Shown here one piece after another: positions 1 to 10,487 of a stretch of DNA of 64,000 nucleotides (its first letter is position 1; every line of letters begins with the position of its first letter). The DNA comes from Basidiobolus meristosporus CBS 931.73 (taxonomy: Eukaryota > Fungi > Basidiobolomycota). The DNA is taken from positions 1 to 64,000 of the forward strand of contig MCFE01000095.1 in the NCBI GenBank assembly GCA_002104905.1, read 5' to 3'. The position numbers and the translations under genes were made by a program. Below the pieces are notes generated by a model that saw nothing but the letters and a program-made list of their open reading frames with translations, was not told the origin of the DNA and made no database searches.

Positions 1-2901
1 TCTGGGACTCTGCAGGTCACATTGTCAATGCTGCCTCTGAAGAAGCTACAACCTCTGCCTGACTACCTGAAGTTCTGTTGCTTAACTGCAACAGCATACA
101 GCCATCAAGACCAACTCTAGAGAGACTTCTTTCAAGATTTTCCCTCCTGTGTTTGATTGATGTCCAGCTACCCTCTATACTTTTGACTAATCTATATTGC
201 TTTTCTACTCCTAGAACAAAGAATACCTCCTCTATCTGCTTCATCTCTTCTACCATCAATACTCCTCAGCTCTGTGTTCCTCTTTACTCCCCTTACTGTG
301 CTGCTCTCCAGTTGCCAACTATCAGTCTGGTGCTCTGCTATCTGCCTCCAAGTCTTGCCCTTCAGGAAGTGCAAGTTATATGCCAGAAAGTTCAGCAATA
401 CCAGCAATCTATATCAACACCTGTTATCTTGCTTGGAGATCTCAACATTCCCCATCCTGAGAACAAGACTACTCTGACTGCAAGAATGAAGCCAAGGTCT
501 ACATTCCTACTGAACTTCCTGAGAGAAAGCCATCTGCTAGCACTAGGTGCTCAATCTGAGAAAAGATGTGTTGACTGGATCTGCCCTTCTGCTGCTGCCC
601 TCTACTTTGTGAATGAAGTTAAGCAATTCTCTGGAGCTGAGCTAGGATCCTTGAGAGCCTCTGACCACCCAGCCTGGTCCCTTTCTATGCAACCAGTTGT
701 GAAGAAGAAGCTGCCAAAACTTACTGTGCTCACCCACAAAGCTACCAAGAATCAGAAGAAAGACTTTGGGAACTACTTGAAGCTTGCCAGTTTGCTACTT
801 TCTCTGCCAGATGATCTCAACTATGCCTGGCTCTTTGTGAAGCATCTGATTCTGGTGTCTGCCTCCCTCTCACTGCCATGCAAGACTACTGCTGTTACCT
901 CAAGAAAATGGGAATCCATTGTTTCAGCCCTGCAACAAAGCTACCTGAGTTTCCCTAACCCAAAAACAGAGAAACTCCTCCTGACAGCAATACACCACTC
1001 CAAGGCAATTCACCACACTCTGCATACTCAGCTCTGGGATCATATTATGAGTTCTTTGCCTCTGCAATCTTCCAACTCTATAACAAGAACAGTATCAAGA
1101 CTCTACAGGGCAATGAGGCCCTCTTCCAGGAAGTTACCTTCAACAGAACAGCTGGCTAACATCTTCTTCTCTACAAAGCAGTACTCAACTCCTGGCTTTC
1201 ATCCTGACTTCAAGACTCTGCCCATCCCACTTGCACTTGATCAAAGGAGAATCCATAATGTGCTCAAGAGGCTTCCCAACTCTACTGCTCCAGGTGTGGA
1301 CACAATCTCCTATGAGCTTCTGAAGACTAGTACCAAGGCCATGTCTGCACTTCTGCTTCCACTGTTTCAGCAATGCTCAGCCCAGCTTTCTACTCCTGAG
1401 GAATGGTCCTTTGCAAATGTTCTGCCACTGTACAAGGGTAAAGGAAAGCACCTGGATCCTAGCTCCTACAGGCCAATATCTCTGCTGCCCACCTGCAGAA
1501 AGGTGTTTGAGCTTCTGCTTGCTCAGGAGCTCTACTCTGACTCCCTCAAGTTTCATCCTGCACAGTTTGGCTTTGTTCCTGGCCTCTCCTTGGAATATGC
1601 AGTCATACTTAGCCAAGATCACTCTCTCCAGTGCAAGTATCCCTCTGTTCTGTTTGATATTACTAAGGCCTTTGATTCAGTTGACAGAAATCTGCTTTGG
1701 TCCAAGTTGCAATGCTTCTCCAGTACCTCTCTCACCCTCCTTGTCAGGTCTCTGTTTCTGGATCCACAAGCAAGAATTCTGCACCCAAGTGAGCAATCAG
1801 CTGTGTTCTCAGTTCCTAATGGAGTGGTTCAAGGCTCTGTGCTTGGTCCTATACTGTTTGCCATCTTCCTGAATGATTTCCCAAGACTCTCAGCTGACTG
1901 CCTGGTTACTCTCTTTGCTGATGACATCAGAATATCCTCCTCCAATGTGCAACAAGACTCCCAGACCATCCACCAGTATCTGCAGAAGAATAATCTCCAG
2001 CTTTCCATTGCAAAGACAGTACCTTTGGGCTCTCCCATCAACTTGGAGAACTCCACTCTACCTGCTCAGGTTTCTGCTACATATCTTGGCTTTCCTTTCC
2101 TTCCTACTGGACTAGACTCTGGAGCACACCTGAAGAAGAGAATTATCCTGGCAAGACAGGCACTCCACAAGCTACTGGCTGTTACTCCTCCTACAACTTC
2201 AGCTCCCAGCTGCCTCCTTCTACTCAAGCAGTTTGTCTTCCCTGTCCTGGAATTTGGCTTACCACTTCTCTCTCTTACTTCTAGAGACTGCACTAAGCTT
2301 GACAAGTTTGCAGTATGGTGCATTACCTCCTTGGTGCCTCATTTGCCTGAATGCCCCTACAGACATGCTATTCTTGGTGCTTTTGGGTTTATGCCCTATA
2401 AGATCAGACTTCTCTACCTTAGAACCAGATTATACCTCAGACTTCACAACTGCAACAACCCACTGATTAAGGCCTGGAAGAGAACACACCACACAACACC
2501 TGACTCCTGCTGGAGAACTATACTTGGAGATCCTGAAGTCAAGAAGTTTGCTCACTATATTCTGCAGTCAGAAAAACCCAAGCTGGCCTACCTGAAGTAC
2601 TTGACAGACCTTTGGCAGCAATATCTGCAGCAGCACACTCCCTTTATGATGAATATCAATCCTTATCACATTCCCCTCATTAATGTTGTTCACAAGTCAT
2701 TCTTACCTCTCTTGCTACCCCCCTTCCCACTGAACAGTGTCTTGAGCACTGAAGAACTATCATCACTTCTTATTAACTTACCTACAAATTCCCCTCAGCT
2801 ACACACTCTTGTATCAAAGCTACAACAGTAGCGCTGGCTTCTTTGTTTCAACTGAAATAAAGATTTCACCTGTTGGTGACTGTCTCCCCCCCTAACCCTA
2901 A
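1..2901 (+). mobile_element. Non-LTR retrotransposon (LINE, APE endonuclease + RT); 5' part lies outside the window
   Basis: Long open ORF with APE and RT motifs. Short 3' UTR with AATAAA (2856-2861), a TCACC-TGTT-GGTGA hairpin, a C-run and CCCTAACCCTAA (2890-2901). The 3' end recurs at 4695-4810. Confidence 0.95.
63..2831 (+). CDS. LINE ORF2 polyprotein (APE endonuclease + reverse transcriptase), uninterrupted
   Basis: APE motifs: LLLNCNS, LCYLPPS, ILLGDLN, VDWI, SDHP. RT motifs: PGVDTI, SYRPISLL, QFGF, FDITKAFDSV, GVVQGSVLGPILF, LFADDI, YLGF. The frame opens right after TGA at 60-62; first in-frame ATG is at 486. Confidence 0.93.
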   Translation, partial: LPEVLLLNCNSIQPSRPTLERLLSRFSLLCLIDVQLPSILLTNLYCFSTPRTKNTSSICFISSTINTPQLCVPLYSPYCAALQLPTISLVLCYLPPSLALQEVQVICQKVQQYQQSISTPVILLGDLNIPHPENKTTLTARMKPRSTFLLNFLRESHLLALGAQSEKRCVDWICPSAAALYFVNEVKQFSGAELGSLRASDHPAWSLSMQPVVKKKLPKLTVLTHKATKNQKKDFGNYLKLASLLLSLPDDLNYAWLFVKHLILVSASLSLPCKTTAVTSRKWESIVSALQQSYLSFPNPKTEKLLLTAIHHSKAIHHTLHTQLWDHIMSSLPLQSSNSITRTVSRLYRAMRPSSRKLPSTEQLANIFFSTKQYSTPGFHPDFKTLPIPLALDQRRIHNVLKRLPNSTAPGVDTISYELLKTSTKAMSALLLPLFQQCSAQLSTPEEWSFANVLPLYKGKGKHLDPSSYRPISLLPTCRKVFELLLAQELYSDSLKFHPAQFGFVPGLSLEYAVILSQDHSLQCKYPSVLFDITKAFDSVDRNLLWSKLQCFSSTSLTLLVRSLFLDPQARILHPSEQSAVFSVPNGVVQGSVLGPILFAIFLNDFPRLSADCLVTLFADDIRISSSNVQQDSQTIHQYLQKNNLQLSIAKTVPLGSPINLENSTLPAQVSATYLGFPFLPTGLDSGAHLKKRIILARQALHKLLAVTPPTTSAPSCLLLLKQFVFPVLEFGLPLLSLTSRDCTKLDKFAVWCITSLVPHLPECPYRHAILGAFGFMPYKIRLLYLRTRLYLRLHNCNNPLIKAWKRTHHTTPDSCWRTILGDPEVKKFAHYILQSEKPKLAYLKYLTDLWQQYLQQHTPFMMNINPYHIPLINVVHKSFLPLLLPPFPLNSVLSTEELSSLLINLPTNSPQLHTLVSKLQQ

Positions 2902-3225
2902 TTCATGCTAGATACTCAAGCACATAGCTATTACATCATTTCATCTAAGCTATAGAGACTCACTTAGTTAGCATAGTTCACTGTCCTACAGATGAAATGA
3001 TTGCAGATCATATTTACCAATACCATTAGCTAGAGTCAAGTTTGAATATCTTAGGTCAAAATTAGGATTAGTCAGTATGAACATTTAGCTAAGTGGAGTG
3101 TTGCTACAAAAATTGTGTATTTCACTAAATATTCACTAACTTAGTCACTTAGATCATCACCTTCAAATCCTAGAGTAATACTGATCCAAATCTTGTCGGA
3201 TTATACTTGTAGAATTCTTCATGAT
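2902..3225 (+). mobile_element. Degenerate copia 3' end (RNase H tail, PPT remnant, truncated LTR from 3099)
   Basis: Matches the RNase H-to-LTR junction at 60960-61200 (gatgaaatgattgcaga...ttaggtcaaaattagga...tcagtatga.catttagct.agtgg.agTGTTG). Confidence 0.8.
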
Positions 3226-4328
3226 CAGCATACTGGCACATTTTGATCAGTGATCTGCATCAGAATTGTCAAACTGAACTGAGTCTTCTGCTGCTACAGA
3301 TAGTTCTTGGCTATTCTGTACATAGTACTTCTTAAAGTCAGTGTATGCTTCTTCACTGCTTCTAGGTTACTTGATAGTCCTCTCCACTGCATCAAGTGTT
3401 CTATGTCACCATGAAACCTTCTTAATTGAATTTCTTGATATGGTAAAAGTTCTTTTGTGTAAGTGTTGAGATGCTCCAGATCAATATACACGTCTAGAAT
3501 CCTTGTGTCATATTAGTGCAGATATGAATAGTCTATCTTCAGTTATTGCAGCATTTCCATATTCAGGCTTTTTCTGTGACTATCTTTCTTTTTGAACACT
3601 GTCTGATGTGTGTCCTTTCCTTTTGCAGTAGTTGCAAAACAGGTTGCTGTTGCCTTTGTAGGGTCTTGGGTACCTCCTTTGTTGGTTATCATTGCTTATT
3701 AAAGCATTTTCTTCTTCCTTCTTATTGGCGCTTGATTTTCTTAATTCTTCATCCAGGAGCCTTCCATATATGTAATTTAAGGTCAAATCTTCAGTTCTGG
3801 ACTCTAGGGCTGATACAAGGCCCTGAAACTTGTCTGTCAGGCTATTCAGGATGGTAACTATCACATCCTCATCAGTAGTTGGTACACCCACAGATTCCAT
3901 CTCATCTACCAGCAGGGTAATTCTGTTAATTAGATTTTTCATTTCTTCTCCTGGCAGCATCTTTGTAGTAAAGAATTTTTGTCTCAGATACATTTCTTGG
4001 CAGCTGAACATGACTGGTAGGTGTCTTCTAATGCCTTCCAGGCATTCTTTGCCGTTTTTGCTCTTGAGCATTGAATTAGCAATTTGTCCTTAACATTAAG
4101 GCAAATGCAGTTAAAGGCACTTTGTTCTTTCTTCTGGTACTTTAAGGCTTCCTCTCCCACATTTTTAGGAGGGCATTCTTCTCCCATGACAATATCCCAA
4201 AGGCCTCTTTCTTGTAGCAGCATCTTCATCTTCACCTTCCACACTTGGTAGTTAGATCCATCCAACTTTTCAGCAGAGGGAAAATTCCAGTAATAGCAGT
4301 AGTAGACATTGCAGAGAGTGACAGCTTG

Positions 4329-4340
4329 GGGCTCATAACC
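4329..4340 (-). promoter_or_regulatory. Primer-binding site complementary to the anticodon arm of initiator tRNA-Met
   Basis: Element-sense GGTTATGAGCCC directly abuts the LTR. It is complementary to GGGCUCAUAACC of fungal tRNA-iMet (recalled). Variants at 53458-53469, 54872-54883 and 61462-61475. Confidence 0.85.
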
Positions 4341-4694
4341 TGTTGTAAGAGTCTTGGAGATATTGGAAGTGATTGGGAGAACAAGTAGATTATGTGGTTT
4401 TCACTTAATGATTTATTGAATGTAAAAGTAGTATTTATACTTTTACATGGTCTTGGCATTACAAACATGTAGAATAGGTTAAGAAGGTCCAAGAACATGT
4501 GTGCAAAGTTTGGGGCTGTTTGGACAACTTTGAGAATTTTCATGTTCTGGGTACCTGGTATTTTGGTGAAAATATTCTAAGTAAATCCCAACAAGGAATT
4601 TGGTCAGTATTCAGTATTCTCTAGGATTTGAAGGTGATGATCTAAGTGACTAAGTTAGGTGAATATTTAGGTGGAATTCCGAATTTTTACAACA
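4341..4694 (-). repeat. Copia LTR (~350 bp, TGTTGTAA...TTACAACA termini)
   Basis: Inverted 8-bp termini. Homologous copies at 47213, 47837, 48187, 49139, 53470, 54523 and 61115. Confidence 0.93.
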
Positions 4695-4810
4695 CAAATT
4701 CCCCTCAGCTACACACTCTTGTATCAAAGCTACAACAGTAGCGCTGGCTTCTTTGTTTCAACTGAAATAAAGATTTCACCTGTTGGTGAATGTCTCCCCC
4801 CCCCAACCCT
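4695..4810 (+). mobile_element. Second copy of the LINE 3' end, cut by the copia LTR
   Basis: 4695-4797 matches 2785-2887 almost base for base, followed by a C-run and CAACCCT. Confidence 0.9.
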
Positions 4811-5097
4811 TACCATTCACCTGTTGGCAATTGCACCCACCCCTATCCCCTCAAGGGGACTTCGGACGACTATAAAAATGTCAGTTCTCTTATAATAATT
4901 CATTATTTAATCACTGCCCGCTTACTACACACTTCATTGTAGCAAAACAATCAGATTTTTGTAACTATTAAAGTACACTCTCTCATAGGTCCATAGCTTA
5001 TAAAGCGCATTAATAATTGAGCTATTTTATTTACTCTAGTTATAAACGTTAACGAAGCAAGCTGCCTCACACAGGTATCATATAACGCTCTATATTT

Positions 5098-5859
5098 CTA
5101 AAAGCCAATCACAGCAACAACACCACAAATAGCAGCTACCAAAGCAGAAGCACCAAGGGCTGAAGCACCGCTATGGTTAGTTTCCTTAGTAGTGTCCTTA
5201 GTGGAAGAAGGCTTGTCAGTTTCGCTGGTCTCAGAAGGCTTGCCAGTCTCGCTGGTCTCAGAAGGCTTGCCAGTTTCGCTGGTCTCAGAGGACTTATGAG
5301 ATTCAGTTGAAGTAGCCTTATCGGTTTCCGAAGACTTGTGAGAATCATCAGTAGATGTTGGCTTCTCAGACTTTCCAGTTTCCGAAGACTTGTGAGAGTC
5401 GTCAGTAGAGGTCTCCTTGTCGGATTTGGTGGCTTCAGAAGAAGTTGGTTTATCGCTGGAGGCTTCGGAACTGGAGGCAGCAATTTGCTTGGCATACCAC
5501 TCGCAAATAGCTTTCTCTTGGTGCATGGAAAGTTGAACTTCATTACTAGGACAATTGTCTTTGATTAAACAGTCCAAGCTATCAGTGTAAAAGTTTTTTT
5601 TGTTAGGGTTGCTTTCATCGCAGAGTAGAGAGAAGGATTGCACGAAATATTTGCTGTTTTGATCCTGGGTGTATTCGTGAAAGTACTTTTTCCCAGCTTC
5701 CTGAACTGAGAGTTAGAAATATATTTGTCTTTAAAGATACAGTGTATTGCATACCGATGAGCATTTTTCAACACATGGACCGGGTTGTTGGAATGGGAAC
5801 TCAACTGCAGAGACAGCAGTGACAGCGGCAGCACCGAGGATGACAGAGGAGTAACGCAT
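5098..5859 (-). CDS. Secreted, probably GPI-anchored Ser/Thr-rich surface protein with a Cys-containing N-terminal domain (2 exons; intron ~5701-5754)
   Basis: Signal peptide MRYSSVILGAAAVTAVSA. Then PFQQPGPCVEKCSS|EAGKKYF...LLCDES...CLIKDNC...ICEW, an S/T/E/K repeat stalk and a hydrophobic C-terminus (SGASALGASALVAAICGVVAVIGF). Confidence 0.85.
5219..5290 (-). repeat. 27-bp coding tandem repeat (SETSETGKP units)
   Basis: Unit tcgctggtctcagaaggcttgccag repeated ~2.7 times; more degenerate units extend to ~5400. Confidence 0.85.
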
Positions 5860-7271
5860 GACTAATACTTCGTAACAAGGTATTTTTCTCGGGAATGCTT
5901 CATAGAATTTATATATTTGTCAGTCAACACATAATGATTGAGTTGTTGCTTGAGGCTTGCGATAATCGGCCTCATCATTCGAAAAAGGAAAATCAAAGTT
6001 CTAGGTCAGAATTTATGTTTATTGTAAACGTTGTCAGTACTGAATTCTCTTGTACCAGTTGATTGATATTTCTGTGAATTTGAAAGTCTGGCTCATGGTA
6101 AACGATATAATAAAATGCTTCGGATTGATTGTTCTTGGCATTTGATGTTTCCTCAGTCTAGATTGTGCGTTATCAAAACATTGGGCCAGAGTGGACAACA
6201 ACCAATCTAATTTGCTAGTCAGTTCATCCGCTCCCCGAATCCAGGAAGCTAGTAGATTCAATTGGGTCTATCATCGCAAATTATTTAACTCGATATGATT
6301 CCTCAAATAAAAGTCGGCAATGAATATAGCCATTATCAATTATGTAGATTAACCTGGGATAGATACTTGGGAACCCAAAAGCGGATGCTCGGAACTGGAT
6401 TCTAGGTAAGGCTATAAGAAATCTCAGCTAGTTATCAGTCAGACCAGAGAGAAGCAAGCCCTCCACCTTTTGGCCAAGTTAAGAAATATTGAGTATTCCC
6501 ATGTATGAATGCCACGACTTTGAAGCCTCTTGAAATCATAACCAAAATCGTTATCATACTCCGTTTGTATCCTTGGAAACAGAAAATTTTAACACCTCAA
6601 CTATCTGTAGAATTCTTCGTCTGAGTAAAGCTAGCACCATTATTATTCCCATTTATAGAACTTTAACACCATAACCAGTGCATTACCTATATCTCAAATG
6701 CAATTACCTCACTCGATTCTGTGGATCGAATTGGTCTTAGGTGCTGTTATATTATGCCAGATGATGGCATCAACCTAGACCAACATAGTGGAACGCCAAT
6801 TGCTCTTTTTATTTGTTCATGTAGCCGGTAACCACCACTCGATGCTTTTTCAGATTGGATTAAGATTGTGAAGGCTGCATGCATTTTTATCGATAACAAA
6901 GACTTTGATCATCGAAGCTGAGAAGCTTTGATTTTGAATACATTGCGTTTTATCAGTACCTAAGACTGTTATTTCCTCTTTGAGGATAACAAAAGAAAGT
7001 TAATTGCACCGTCATCATATTAGCTATATATTCACCAAAGTTGGTCATACTATTAATTATGCCTCAACGAGAACCTTTCTAGACATAGATGCTTACTAGT
7101 GTTGTTTCTTGGCAACTGGATAATCACGTGTGGCCAATGCAATGTGTGCTAGTTATGGTTACAGTTGAAATTGAACCTCACGTACCTGCAAAGCTACTTT
7201 GAAATACATTCGGTATTTATAGTCGTCCTATCCCCGAGAATTTCATATCCTATTACAAAATTACCAGTAAC

Positions 7272-10200
7272 ATGCGAAGGATTTACATACCATTCTTATT
7301 CACTGTAAGTTTCATGAAACTGGCCCTTGCTGAAGTGAGCATCTCTTATGTACCTACCGTTACAACTGTTACTGTTTTCCCAACCAGCACAAGTACTCCG
7401 GCAGCTAGTTGCAAAGATTCTGGATGTCTCAATTTCGGAAAATGCATGGATACTGGAACCTGTTCCTGTATACCAGGATTTGGCGGAATTGATTGTGGAG
7501 TACTTGCGTGTAATTCCTCCTCCACCTTGGGCATTAGCAGGGAACTGGCTCCATCAAACGGAGGGGTATGTAATACATGTGATGAAGGTTTTACAGGATT
7601 GAATTGCAACATATGTACAACCAACTATGGTTGTTCGTCGCAACCCCAACTATACAAACCTTTAACCACCGGTGAGCAAATGGCCTGCAACACCAAGCCC
7701 GAGTTTGTACATCAAAGTTACTTACAATGCCCCCTGACAGGTAAAGTAATACATTTCCTCTCACCCGATAGCATTAACTAAATCAATTATACCAGATCCT
7801 TCACTACTTTCCCTCTATCCGGGAGATGTACAGATGGCATTCACGCGCAACATCACTGGATATTCATATGCCCAATTGTTTTGGAATGACAAAGAGCAAT
7901 TTACCTGCCATATGAATCAATGCTCTCAAAAGATACTTGGTATGATGTAAATATAATTTTACCTAACAACCTATTTACCTTGGAATATCTATCTGAAGGC
8001 ACTGTCGAGTGGGAATGCGATGAAATTAAATGTGAATGTATGCCAGAGGCTGCTTTTTGCGGAGGAGCCGGAGTATCAGTGAATATAAAGTCAATGATTG
8101 AGATGATGTCAGGTTATAATGTTCTGTCATGTAATAACGATACGTGCACTTGGAAAGGTAAGTGGAATCTTGTTTGGTACCATACAACTAGTTCACTGAT
8201 TTGACCATTGGCCTTTTTAATCATGTAGAAAATCACATCAAAACCTTCTTCCCTGACGGATTCCCTTTGAACAATTGTAAATTTGGAGAGTGCGCATACC
8301 CCAGTGAACTAGTTTTCGACATGGATACTACTGTTGGTATTTAGTTATTCCATTATCGGTGAGCTCTACTAATACATAATGTAGACTGCCTTCGAAATTA
8401 GCAAACCCGTTCTTGCGGTGATCATCATTTTCGCATGCGTGTTCTGCGCACTAATAATCAGCTGCGGCTTTGCTAAACGCACTCAGATGATAATGCGTCG
8501 TCGGGAAGTTCCCCCTCCAGCTACCGGAGTGAATATCGAGTGGAAAAAGCTTACTTACGAGATACAATTGAAGAATAGAAAATCCACCGAGTCTAACAAG
8601 TTTACCATATTGGATGGCATCTCTGGATATGCCTCTAAAGGACAAGTTTTGGCTATTATGGGACCAAGTGGTAAGTGCGCTGAATCGATTATCTCATTAC
8701 ACAGTGAATTAAAATATGCATCTTTCCAAAATCAACCTAGGTACCGGAAAAACCACCCTAGTGGATATATTGGGAGGAAAAAGAAAAAGCGGAAAAGTTC
8801 GCGGTAGTCTTTTGGTAGACGGCAGGCCCATGTCCACAGCTGAAATGCGACAACTAGTCGGATTTGTAGATCAAGAGTTTGTGCTTTCACCAGAGCTTAC
8901 TGTTTTCGAGTCGTTGATGTTCTCCGCTTGCTTGAGGCTACCAGAATGTATTCCATATGACCAAAAACGCGCCAGAGTAGAGAGCTTGATACAGAAACTA
9001 GGGCTGGAAAACGTCAGAGACAGAAGAGTAGGGAGTGTCGCTACGCGTAGCCTTTCTGGTGGTGAGAAAAGACGAGTAGCCATAGGCCTGGAATTGGTGA
9101 GCGAGCCAGCTATCTTGATTTTGGACGAACCTCTCTCTGGCCTGGATTCCTTCTCTGCCTCAATGGTTATCAAGATTCTTCACGAATTGGCTAAAGGACC
9201 TAACAAAACAACAGTGATTCTTACAATCCACCAGCCCAGAAGTGATATATTCCAAATGTTCGATAATACTTTGGTTTTAGCCAAAGGTACCACCTTGTAC
9301 TTTGGGCCCCCGTCGAAAGCAGCCACACACTTTGACAAGGCCGATTTGCATTGCCCTGCGAATTATAATATTGCTGACTATTTACTGGATATTGCACTTA
9401 AACCCGAGTTGCTTCAGAAGGCTACCGATTACAACTGCGACCATGGTAGATTCTTTAGTAACCAGATTGAAGAGACGAAAGAAACCCTGATGCTATGCGA
9501 ATCAAACGAAGTTGAGGCCCAGCCGGCTACCGCTTTCCTTACTCAATTCTACTTGCTGAGCAAACGTAACTTCTTGGTATTGATTCGTAACCAAGGCTTG
9601 ATGTTGACCCATTTTGCTGCCGCTATCATCTTGGGAGTTATCGTAGGAGGACTGTATTGGCAAATTTCAGTAGATCTGGCTGGGTTCCAAAGTCGCTTAG
9701 GTGCACTCTTCTTTATCATGGCAGTGCTTGCATTCACCGCATTGGGCGCTCTTGGAACTTTTCTGGAAGACCGCCTATTGTTTATTCGGGAACGCTCCAA
9801 CGGCTATTACAAGCCAATCCCATTTATCACTTCAAAATTGCTTTTTGATTTGCTCCCCTTGCGAGTAATACCGGCCATTTTGATCGGCACCATCACCTAT
9901 TGGATGGTTGGACTAACATCAGACGGACCTACTTTTGCAAGATTTTTGCTGACATTGGTGTTATTCAATGGTGCAGCAGGTCTTTTCTGCATCGCTGTGG
10001 CAGCATGTATCCGTGGCACTGGAGTCTCATCTTTGTTAGCATCAATCGTTATGCTATTCTTTATGCTATTTGGTGGGCTATTGATTAACCAAAGTAAGTC
10101 TATTTCTATTTTAACAAAGATGATCCGTACTTATTTCCCGTTTTTGCAGATAACATCCCACCAGCTCTTTCTTGGCTACAGTATATATCAATGTTCCGCT

Positions 10201-10487
10201 ATGGCTTCCAGGCACTTTCTGTTAATGAGATTGTCGGTCTGCGAATTATTGGAGAAATGGGTGGCATTGAAATCAACGTAATTATATATATTTCCTTGAT
10301 CTTTTCTACAATTTACTAAATCGATTCATCCACAACCTAGATTCCGGCATCCACTGTACTGGTCGAAATGTTCGGCTTTTCGGCCGATGGAATTTACAAA
10401 AATATCATCATCTTGGCTTGGTATTGGGTAATACTAATTGTCATCATCGTGATTCTTGTGCAGTTCACGGTTAAAGAACGTCGTTGA
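7272..10487 (+). CDS. ADP1: ADP1-like ABCG half-transporter with N-terminal EGF-like Cys-rich ectodomain (multi-exon)
   Basis: Signal peptide; EGF-like CLNFGKCMDTGTCSCIPGFGGIDC; Walker A GPSG|TGKTTL; signature LSGGEKRRV; Walker B LILDEP; TIHQPR; ABC2 membrane domain; C-terminus TVKERR*. Confidence 0.93.

Larger units (their letters stand above)
3226..4694 (-). mobile_element. Ty1/copia 5' half (5' LTR, PBS, gag, protease remnant), frameshifted and truncated
   Basis: gag motifs DGSNYQVWKVKMK and LLDEE, CNYCKRKGH knuckle, LTR 4341-4694, PBS 4329-4340. Confidence 0.92.

Noticed and set aside
1-4810. RIP (repeat-induced point mutation) as the cause of repeat decay
   Set aside because: CpA/TpG are plentiful and CpG is what is lost, and the LINE ORF is intact. 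This fits CpG methylation, not ascomycete RIP.
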